Shown piece after piece: positions 29,037 through 36,824 of a stretch of DNA of 64,000 nt (positions are counted from its first letter, which is position 1; the number at the start of each line of letters is the position of its first letter). The DNA comes from an uncultured delta proteobacterium. Lineage in GTDB: Bacteria; Myxococcota; B64-G9. The translations under genes were made by a program, and so were the position numbers. A model generated the notes under the pieces. The model saw only the letters and a program-made list of their open reading frames with translations, was not told the DNA's origin and made no database searches. The stretch is from positions 288,001-352,000 of the forward strand of contig CAVWHX010000003.1 in NCBI GenBank assembly GCA_963754925.1, written 5' to 3'.

Positions 29037-29828
29037 TCAGCCGTGAACATAGTTCCCGATTTTCCGTATCCTTGTCATTTCTTCCCCGGAAAGAGGGCCC
29101 TTCGCAAGCGCGGTCAATCCTTCCTCCATCTCGGCCTCGCTCGCCGGGCCGAAATGGCAGAGGTCGACGTTCGGGTTTGACAGCACGAACCGGTAGCAAT
29201 CGGACGCGCGAAGCGGCGCCTCATTCGGCGGCATCTTTTCGGGCTTGAGGAGTTTTCTCCAGCTCGTGGCGGTGTAGACGGTCACGCCGGGCCGGTTTTC
29301 TTTTTTGAGACGGGGAAAGATATCGCTTTCCGCGCCGGTATGAGCGGCGTTGTAGCGCACCATGAAGACGTCGATCGGCGATTTGTCCATTCCCGCAAGC
29401 GCGCCAAACGTTTTTCGTTTATGCCCCGACATCCCGACGAAACGGATTTTTCCCTTCTCAATCATGGTGCGACACTGGTGGAGGATGCGCCCGCCCGGTA
29501 TCGAGTTAAACCAGCCGAGGATGAGGATATCGGCATAGTCCAAATCCAGCGCCTTCAGGGCCTTATCGACCGCGCGGCCGTTGAGGAAACCCGAATGGTC
29601 ATAGGACTGGACCGCGATGACGATCTTTTCTCTCTCCTTCCGAGCGATGTTGGTGAGCGCGGTTTTCATCGCCTCTCGCCGGGGCGTGCTCCAGAAAAAA
29701 TAATTGATGCCGTGTTCGTGGTATGCCTTTTCTATGGCGCGGGCGGGCACGCCGTATCCCGAGGCGAGGCCCAGCCGGCTTACCGATAAGCCGGTCCTTC
29801 CGAGGACTGCACGGCTTTGAAAATTCAT
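29037..29828 (-). CDS. Aldo/keto reductase family protein
   Basis: 'LGRTGLSVSRLGL', 'L..LDLDYAD', 'GKIRFVGMSGH', 'RYNAAH'. Confidence 0.85.
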   Translation of the reverse strand: MNFQSRAVLGRTGLSVSRLGLASGYGVPARAIEKAYHEHGINYFFWSTPRREAMKTALTNIARKEREKIVIAVQSYDHSGFLNGRAVDKALKALDLDYADILILGWFNSIPGGRILHQCRTMIEKGKIRFVGMSGHKRKTFGALAGMDKSPIDVFMVRYNAAHTGAESDIFPRLKKENRPGVTVYTATSWRKLLKPEKMPPNEAPLRASDCYRFVLSNPNVDLCHFGPASEAEMEEGLTALAKGPLSGEEMTRIRKIGNYVHG

Positions 29829-29831
29829 GGG

Positions 29832-29947
29832 GCGCCTCCAGGGCCTTCAACCTTGTTCGGCTCATTGGATTACACGAATAGCAAGAATAAACCACTTGTT
29901 CACCGGGAGGCAATGGGAATCGTGGGGGGCCTTTCGCGGCAATTCGT
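29832..29947 (+). repeat. 116-bp direct repeat, copy 1 (leader/RBS of the aldo-keto reductase gene)
   Basis: Near-identical to 33479..33594 (about 3 mismatches by eye). Confidence 0.92.
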
Positions 29948-29973
29948 AGGGGCGTATGGCCATACGCCCCTGC
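29946..29973. repeat. GTAG-family REP-like palindrome
   Basis: GTAGGGGCGTATGG-CCATACGCCCCTGC, containing a perfect 24-bp palindrome at 29948..29971. Confidence 0.7.
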
Positions 29974-30204
29974 TTGATGCCTTTCGTAATTCCTTTGTTT
30001 ATTCGGCTTTATTTATTCTTTATTTATTCTTTAGTTATTCGGCTGACACTTAGCATGAGTGGATACCTGATGGTAGTCGTTTCGCTACAACATGCCTGTA
30101 AACCTGACGAGGCAGCGCCAGCGGCTATGATGTAAGCAAATCTAATGTTAAACAGTTCATTAGGGGGATCGGTGCTAAGATGTCCAGTGGATTGGTAGGA
30201 TTAG

Positions 30205-31349
30205 TTATAATCTGGCAAGACTTTTTAGGATCCGGCGATACTGAATAATAAATCTATCGACGTTCTCCCCTCGATAGAACTCCGTGGAGTCAACGTCGTG
30301 AAAATCATCAAGTTGCAAATTTTTTCGAATCTTATGAATCGTATCTCGATCAACTTCGGTTTTGTCGCCAGACCACGCCACTTGAGATTTCAAAGTTATT
30401 TTACGGTTTCTAAGCTTTAGAAAGCTTTGTCGAATGATTACCCTCTCGATATTGAGCCTGTTGCCCACTCCGGGTGCTGGACACCAAGTGCACGAGAATT
30501 CTCGGAGTCGCGCTTTCAATTTATGCCATTTCATTGGGTAATCACCCCGTTGGATGGTGCGGATATTGGAGCGTAACCAGCGAGCTATTTCCAGCACCTC
30601 TCGGTCTGAAAGCCTATCGGCGTTGATCTGGACAATGCCGTGTTGCGCAACTCGCAAAGTTTTCCTGAATAGAGCAGTTTCATCGCATGTTAGAACGAAG
30701 CCGTTTTCATCAAGAAATGCAAGCAATGCTACAAGTGCAGTCCGTTTGTTGCCATTGTGGAAAGCGTGATTGAGGATTAATGAATGGAATAACGCAGCTC
30801 CTGCCATTTCCACAGTAGGGTACTTTTTATGCCCTTCATATTCAGTCATCGGCCGATGTGCAGCTGAAGATAGTAGGCCTGGTTCTCTGATGCCCGGTGG
30901 AGATATTGGGTCGCTCGAATTCAAAAAGTCAACTTCCAGAGCATTGTGGATAGCTTCTATCTCGGAAGCAGTCAGGAATCGTCTCGGTGGTACCTCACCG
31001 ATTTGCTCCCAGGTGAAAGTTGGGGCCACACTCGGAAATGGTATTGGCCTGACAACATCGTTGAGGTTGCTCGTGTTTAGGAACATGCGTCTAAAACGAC
31101 TCAAGCTGTTGCGAGGAATCTTTCTTGCATTCGGGGAGATAATAACTTCGACGGCAGCCATACGTCTTTCAAGTTCTTTGCGGCTCAAATCACTCAATTT
31201 CAACCAATAGTTAATGTTCATCTGTTCTTTTACAGATGGCAGTCCTAGAGCTTTCTCTGCAACCTGCAATTTCCTGCGAGGAACTAAAGAATTCGGACTT
31301 TTTACTTTTTCAATTCCAGCATCCCAAAGCGTCACGAGCGTTGCGTCGA
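30205..31349 (-). CDS. Fic/Doc-family protein, 5'-truncated by the IS3 element
   Basis: Doc-type motif HAFHNGNKRTA with upstream 'GIREPGLLSSAAHRP'. The reading frame runs into the IS terminal repeat at 31350. Confidence 0.85.
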
Positions 31350-31378
31350 TGACGTGCCCCCGTTCATAGGACCACTCT

Positions 31379-32290
31379 CTATGAGAGTTGTTCATGGTTA
31401 ACCATCGTTCCTTTATCCATAGCAACACCAGTTTTCAGAGCGAAGGGAGCCGGAGGCGACCGAAGCTCTGAAAACTGTCGCGCGAACTCCGCCGGTGTCT
31501 CCTGTCCCAGCGAGCTGTGTGGCCGCACATGATTGTAATCCATCCGCCATGATTCGATTTTATTACGAGCATCTTGTAGATTTATAAACCAATGTTGATT
31601 GAGACATTCATCTCGAAATTTGCCGTTGAAGCTTTCGATCAGGGCATTCTGCACCGGCTTGCCTGGCTCGATAAAATGCAACTGCACCCCATGCCGGTAC
31701 GCCCAGAGGTCCAGCGCACGACTCGTGAACTCCGGACCGTTATCCGTCACCATCGCTTCGGGATACCTACCCCGTTCAGCGGCAATATCGTCCAAAATCC
31801 TGGCCACCCGGCTGCCGGAAATGGACGTGTCTACGGGTAAGGCAAGACTCTCTCGACTGAATTCATCCAGCACGCTCAACACCTTCAACCGTCGCCCATC
31901 TGAGAGACAATCAGATAGAAAATCCATCGACCATCGCTCGTTGAGTCCTTCCGGAAGACGCAGCGGCTGCCGCGCGATGCTCCGGTATCTCTTGCGCTGC
32001 TTCTTCCTCACGCTCAATCCCTCTTGCCGATACAGCCGATACACCCGCTTGTGATTCACCACATACCCTTCCCGCCGCAATAACACCTGCAACCGTCGAT
32101 ATCCGAAGCGTACCCGCTGCGCCGCAAGCTCTAAAAGACGCTCCCGCAACTGCGGATACAGTTGGCCTACCGAACGGTACCGAAAGCTCGATCGCCCGAT
32201 CCTCATCAGCCCGCAGGCGCGTCGTTCGCTCACCCCAAATTCCTCGCGGGCATGCACAACGGCCTGCTTTCGCGCTGCGGGCTTCACCAT
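31379..32290 (-). CDS. IS3 transposase OrfB (DDE integrase core)
   Basis: 'RFGYRRL', 'NHKRVYRLY', 'WSMDF', 'TDNGPEF', 'IESFNG', 'YNHVRPHSSLG'. Confidence 0.95.
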   Translation of the reverse strand: MVKPAARKQAVVHAREEFGVSERRACGLMRIGRSSFRYRSVGQLYPQLRERLLELAAQRVRFGYRRLQVLLRREGYVVNHKRVYRLYRQEGLSVRKKQRKRYRSIARQPLRLPEGLNERWSMDFLSDCLSDGRRLKVLSVLDEFSRESLALPVDTSISGSRVARILDDIAAERGRYPEAMVTDNGPEFTSRALDLWAYRHGVQLHFIEPGKPVQNALIESFNGKFRDECLNQHWFINLQDARNKIESWRMDYNHVRPHSSLGQETPAEFARQFSELRSPPAPFALKTGVAMDKGTMVNHEQLS

Positions 32291-32550
32291 TTTCTTGAGT
32301 TGATATCCCTCAAGATCTGGTTGTCGAGAGTGAGATCGGCCACGGCACGCTTCAGCCTTCGGTTTTCTTCCTCAAGCTGCTTCAGCCGCCGCGCCTCGCT
32401 GACGTCCATCCCGCCGTACTTGGATTTCCAACGGTAGTACGTTTGTTCGCAGAAGCCATGTGTGCGACAGAGATCAGACAGCTTCACCCCCGCTTCGGCT
32501 TCTTTCAATATCCCGATGATCTTATCCTCAGAAAACCGTTTCCCTTTCAT
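32284..32550 (-). CDS. IS3 transposase OrfA (HTH)
   Basis: 'RFSEDKII.IL', 'TYYRWKSKYGGM', 'RLKQLEEEN.RLK'. Confidence 0.95.
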   Translation of the reverse strand: MKGKRFSEDKIIGILKEAEAGVKLSDLCRTHGFCEQTYYRWKSKYGGMDVSEARRLKQLEEENRRLKRAVADLTLDNQILRDINSRKW

Positions 32551-32637
32551 TGAGCAAGCTCCTTTCCGGCATTCTAGCCGAAGGAACTCTCATTGAAAAT
32601 GGTCCAGTTTTCGGGGGGCACGTCAGGAGAGCGAACG

Positions 32638-33441
32638 TTGTCAGAAAAGTTTCGAAAACGAATTTACAACATCTTGAATCCTGAGGGTAACTTAGATCCG
32701 GTCTCTAAATGTACTAATATCTTCATTGTTGTCCTTATCATGCTTAACGTGGTGGCTGCGGTCCTCGATACGATGAAGTCCCTCTCCCTAACATACAGCG
32801 CGTATTTTGAGGGTTTCGAGATTTTCTCCGTGATCATTTTTAGCTTGGAGTATCTGTTACGAATTTGGTCGTGCACCATCAATCCCAGCTATGCGCATCC
32901 GGTGTGGGGAAGAATCCGGTTTGCGATTTCGCCATGTTCGATTGTGGATTTGGTTGCGATAATTCCTTTCTACCTGCCGATGCTAATCTCAGGCGATTTC
33001 TTGTACGTTCGTGCGTTGCGTCTCATGCGTTTGTTTCGGGTTTTCAAAATGCGACGTTATTCTAACTCGTTGAAAGTTTTGACGGACGTGGTTCGAAACA
33101 AGAAAGAGGAGCTTATAGTCACGATATTCACTTTGGCCGTTATCTTGGTTGTTGCGTCCGGGCTAATGTTCCATTTTGAAAATGACGTACAACCCGAGGC
33201 CTTTTCAAACATTCCGGACGCGATGTGGTGTGGTCTTGTGACTCTAACCCAAAGTGGGCTTAGCGACATTCATCCGATATCTGCTGGAGGCAAAGCCATA
33301 GGAGTGCTGATATCCTTGGTAGGAATCGGACTTTTTGCTCTGCCGTCCGGAATTATTGCTTCCGGGCTGGTCGAGCGGATTCAGAAAAATCGAGAACCGG
33401 AAAAGACTTGTCCGCATTGTGGAAAGCAAATAGGGCTGTAA
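32638..33441 (+). CDS. Voltage-gated ion channel-like protein (6TM, Kv type) with a non-canonical selectivity filter
   Basis: S4 helix RALRLMRLFRVFKMRR, pore helix 'FSNIPDAMWCGLVTLT', filter QSGLSD, C-terminal CPHCG; TTG start after RBS GGAG. Confidence 0.85.
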   Translation: MSEKFRKRIYNILNPEGNLDPVSKCTNIFIVVLIMLNVVAAVLDTMKSLSLTYSAYFEGFEIFSVIIFSLEYLLRIWSCTINPSYAHPVWGRIRFAISPCSIVDLVAIIPFYLPMLISGDFLYVRALRLMRLFRVFKMRRYSNSLKVLTDVVRNKKEELIVTIFTLAVILVVASGLMFHFENDVQPEAFSNIPDAMWCGLVTLTQSGLSDIHPISAGGKAIGVLISLVGIGLFALPSGIIASGLVERIQKNREPEKTCPHCGKQIGL

Positions 33442-33478
33442 TAGGTACGTAATAGGTGCCGCCCTCTTAAAAAACTGA

Positions 33479-33594
33479 GCGCCTCCAGGGTCTTCAACCT
33501 TGTTCGGCTCATTGGATTACACAAATAGCAAGAATAAACCACTTGTTCACCGGGAGGCAATGGGAATCGTGGGGGGCCTTGCGCGGCAATTCGT
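33479..33594 (+). repeat. 116-bp direct repeat, copy 2
   Basis: Near-identical to 29832..29947. Confidence 0.92.
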
Positions 33595-33635
33595 GAGGAA
33601 ATCAAAGGGAAGGTATCTGCCCTGGGCAAATAGCA

Positions 33636-35018
33636 TTACACCTCGGACAATTCGAGGTGCATGGTTTCCCGACTGAAATGAAGGCTTATGAACGTCATCG
33701 CCGCCCCGAGGGTCAAAACCGACGAGGCGGAAAGCCACAGCTCGCTCTCCCCCTCGACGGCGGCTATAAACGGCAGTGTATGGAAAAGGCCGACCAGTGG
33801 GGTAATGCCGGCGCCTCCCACGAGCGCTCCCAGCGAATATCCGAAGCCGACGCCCACGGAACGCGACCTCGTCGGAAACCGCTCGCAGAGATAGGCCGGG
33901 ATCACTCCCCAGGCGAGCTTGAGCATGCCCGCCATCACGGCGGCCATAAGCGCAAGCGCGAAGTTCCGTTCCAGCGCCGCCGTCATGAGTAACTGGAAAA
34001 GTGGAATGGCGAGGACTGCGATGGCGATACAATAGTACTGCGTGAGCTTTTTTCTGCCGAGTCTATCGCTGAGCCAGCCGTACAGATTGTACCCAAGAAA
34101 TGCAAAGAGAAGCGCCACGCCGTAAATCAAGGTGTAATCCACCAAACCGAATTTGTTCTCCCCTTTGAGGATTTTGGGAATGAATCCGTATATCGCGTAG
34201 TCGGTGAGAAAGAGCCCGGTCATGAAAAAGAAAACCTGCAGGAACACCCACACCGTAGGCCTTTTGAAAAGCGTTGCGAAGGGCATCTGGTCTATTGAAC
34301 CGGCCTGCTTAATCTTTTCGAATTCCGGAGACTCGACCAGCGACGTGCGTATCCAGAGCGCCACGAACACCGGCACCACCCCGGTCGCAAAAGCGATGCG
34401 CCATCCGTAATCCTGCATGGCCGCTTCCCCGAGCCCGGCGGAAAAGCCAAGCACCACGAACGACGCCGCCGCAAAACCCAGGGGAAATCCGGATTGGATG
34501 AACCCGCCGATGGCTCCGCGCCGTTCCCGGGGGGCATGCTCAATGGCAAAGGCATGGCCTATCGCATACTCGCCGCCGAAAAAGCAGCCCATCACAAACC
34601 GCAACAGCCCAAATAGCAGATATGAAATTTCGGGCCCAACCTGCTCTCTCGTTGGAATGGCCGCCGAGAGCAAGGACATCACCCCCACTCCTCCAATGGT
34701 GACTAGCAGCAACCAACGCCTGCCAATCTTGTCGGCATAATGCCCAAACAGCGCCGAACCGAGGGGCCGCGCCGCCATGGTTATCGAATAAAAGAGAACA
34801 ATCGACAAGTATTGCCATGCTGCCGATTGGTTTGGCTCCGCAAAATGTTTTGTCAATACGGGAGCCATCACCAGAACCAGGGCCATGTCGTACGCATCTA
34901 AGCCAAACCCCAGAAATTGCGAGACCATCGCCCGGCGGGCACCCTTCGTCAGCACTCTCGAGTCGCCTGTGGTCATATTCCAAATTCTCTTGTGCGGGGC
35001 AGTGACGAGATGTTTCAA
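33636..35018 (-). CDS. MFS transporter (metabolite:H+ symporter type)
   Basis: 12 TM segments; 'GHYADKIGRR', 'SDRLGRK', 'ERFPTRSRS.G'. Confidence 0.9.
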   Translation of the reverse strand: MKHLVTAPHKRIWNMTTGDSRVLTKGARRAMVSQFLGFGLDAYDMALVLVMAPVLTKHFAEPNQSAAWQYLSIVLFYSITMAARPLGSALFGHYADKIGRRWLLLVTIGGVGVMSLLSAAIPTREQVGPEISYLLFGLLRFVMGCFFGGEYAIGHAFAIEHAPRERRGAIGGFIQSGFPLGFAAASFVVLGFSAGLGEAAMQDYGWRIAFATGVVPVFVALWIRTSLVESPEFEKIKQAGSIDQMPFATLFKRPTVWVFLQVFFFMTGLFLTDYAIYGFIPKILKGENKFGLVDYTLIYGVALLFAFLGYNLYGWLSDRLGRKKLTQYYCIAIAVLAIPLFQLLMTAALERNFALALMAAVMAGMLKLAWGVIPAYLCERFPTRSRSVGVGFGYSLGALVGGAGITPLVGLFHTLPFIAAVEGESELWLSASSVLTLGAAMTFISLHFSRETMHLELSEV

Positions 35019-35045
35019 TCGGTTTTCAAAAAAGTTATAAAACCG

Positions 35046-35603
35046 CTAACTCGATTTTTCTACGGTCCAGGTAAGACGCACCGAGGTGTTGACGGCTCCC
35101 TCCCAGCTTTTGGTCAACACCGTGCACTTGAGATTCTTTGCTCCGCAGAGCTCCGTCGTGTGTTCCACCCATCCAGCGATCAGGTACTGAAACGGTGCAA
35201 ACTGTGGATCCATATCGATCACGGTATAGACGGCTTGGGTAGCGCCCTCCAACACAGCTTCCGCTCGTCCAAAATCAAAGAAGTTCCGCTCAAAAACCGC
35301 AATTCTCTTAATAAAGGAAAGAGGATCGTCCTTCTTCAAAATTGACGCATAAATCTTCGGCATTACCATCTCGCTGTACATTCTGCCCCATTGCTTGAGG
35401 GTATCGAGATTTTTCTTTGCCACAATCTCGAAAAATGCGTTGAGACAGTGTTTGAACGTCTCATAGGGATACCAGAGATTCGGCATGATTCTTTGGTCCA
35501 TGATCTCACGATCTTCAGCCGTCAGGTAGGTATCGAACACACCGGTCTTGTCGGATCGGATGGCTTTTACAAATTCAACGAATATTGAACCTTTTACTTT
35601 CAT
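35046..35603 (-). CDS. Hypothetical protein (DUF2378/H-NOX-V4R-like)
   Basis: 'VKGS', 'WYPY' and C-terminal 'GW......LCGA...LTW' pattern; family call tentative. Confidence 0.55.
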   Translation of the reverse strand: MKVKGSIFVEFVKAIRSDKTGVFDTYLTAEDREIMDQRIMPNLWYPYETFKHCLNAFFEIVAKKNLDTLKQWGRMYSEMVMPKIYASILKKDDPLSFIKRIAVFERNFFDFGRAEAVLEGATQAVYTVIDMDPQFAPFQYLIAGWVEHTTELCGAKNLKCTVLTKSWEGAVNTSVRLTWTVEKSS

Positions 35604-35883
35604 GCTGCTTTTTCTCCATAATTCCTAATATTCGCTCTTGGCTCAATTTCACGTCAATGAGTGGTTATGATAACTGTTATGCCACTGGACCAAGAATTGA
35701 TCCAGTTTTTCTTAACTTTTTTCAAACGCACCCCTTGACTGTTTCGCAATGTGCATCACGCAACTCTTGCCTTCTTTTAGTTTTGGATCCAAGTTGATAG
35801 GTGAGATTTGAATCTCGCATGACGGCGCGCGATCGGTTTTGATGTCGCGTGAGCGCAGCCGGGACCACCAGAGGAGGACGGAC

Positions 35884-36645
35884 ATGGACATCGCAGTACG
35901 TGATCAATTTATGACGTTATGGCGAAAGTATTTCGGCAAGGAGGAGCTGCCCCTCGCTCTCTTCTATACCGATCGGGAGTCGGACAGCCCGCTCGTGGTG
36001 GCGAGTCAGGAACGTCGTTGCATGGTGAGCGAGCTTGGCCGCGCCCGAGAGGGCGGCGAGACCTTGCGCTTTGGAGCGGGCTCGTTTGCCTGCCTCGGAG
36101 GGCGGCGCTACGCGGGTTACTCGGACCGGCTACGACCGAAGTTTGAATATTTCCTCTCCTGCGGCATCCCGGGCGAGATGGAGGGCGAGCGCTACAAGAA
36201 AACGCCTGAGCTGGTGCGTGAGCTGCTCGCTCGAGCCCCGGCCTTTCGCGCCCCCAAGCCATACCTGGTTGTCAAGCGTTGGGATACGCTCACGACCGAA
36301 GACGACCCGGAGGTGGCAGTTTTCTTCGCTCGGCCGGACGCGCTTTCGGGGCTCTTTACCCTCTCAGGCTACGACACCGCCGATGACGAGGCGGTGATCG
36401 CACCCTTCGGGGCAGGCTGTTCAACGATCATTCAACGCCCTTACCTGGAACGAGAGCGCCCGACGCCGCGGGCGGTGCTCGGCCTGTTCGATGTTTCGGC
36501 GCGCCCTTCGGTGCCGGCCGATACGCTAACCTTCGCGGTGCCGTATGATAAGCTTCTCTCCATGATGAACAACATGGACGAGAGCTTCCTCATCACCGAG
36601 AGCTGGGCCGCTGTCCGCAAACGGCTCGCGGCTGATAAGAGATAG
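35884..36645 (+). CDS. DUF169-family protein
   Basis: 'C.GG.RY.G', 'FLSCG', 'GERYKK', 'PF.AGC', 'G.FD.SAR'. Confidence 0.75.
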   Translation: MDIAVRDQFMTLWRKYFGKEELPLALFYTDRESDSPLVVASQERRCMVSELGRAREGGETLRFGAGSFACLGGRRYAGYSDRLRPKFEYFLSCGIPGEMEGERYKKTPELVRELLARAPAFRAPKPYLVVKRWDTLTTEDDPEVAVFFARPDALSGLFTLSGYDTADDEAVIAPFGAGCSTIIQRPYLERERPTPRAVLGLFDVSARPSVPADTLTFAVPYDKLLSMMNNMDESFLITESWAAVRKRLAADKR

Positions 36646-36659
36646 AGATGACACGTGCT

Positions 36660-36794
36660 CCCTTCTCCCGCTGGCGGGAGAAGGCAAGAGATTCTTGCCT
36701 CGCAGAGCGAGGCTTAGAATCTCTTGGATGAGGGTGGACACTAGTTCCCTCACCCGGCGCTGTGTGCCACCCTCTCCCAAGATTGGGAGAGGGG
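36660..36794. repeat. Cluster of REP-like hairpins (CCCTCTCCC...GGGAGAGGG type)
   Basis: Three stems: CCTTCTCCCGC/GCGGGAGAAGG, CAAGAGATTCT..GCCTCGC/GCGAGGC..AGAATCTCTTG and CCCTCTCCCAA/TTGGGAGAGGG. Confidence 0.7.
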
Positions 36795-36824
36795 TTAAGG
36801 GATATTCGTTAAAGGAGAACACCG

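Larger units (their letters stand above)
31350..32625 (-). mobile_element. IS3-family insertion sequence (IS407-like), 1276 bp
   Basis: Terminal inverted repeats of about 40 bp (TGACGTGCCCCC...GGACCA...ATGAGAGTT) at both ends with TG...CA termini; orfA and orfB inside; no target duplication seen. Confidence 0.93.

Noticed and set aside
30090..30155. Possible integron attC site downstream of the Fic gene (ACAACATGCCTGTAAACCTGACG...GTTAAAC)
   Set aside because: Only one arm resembles attC; I could not find a convincing complementary arm, other cassettes or an integrase.
32278..32300. Canonical A6G -1 frameshift signal between IS3 orfA and orfB
   Set aside because: The junction reads TCAAGAAAATGGTGA with no clear slippery heptamer; orfB has its own overlapping ATG, so no claim is made.
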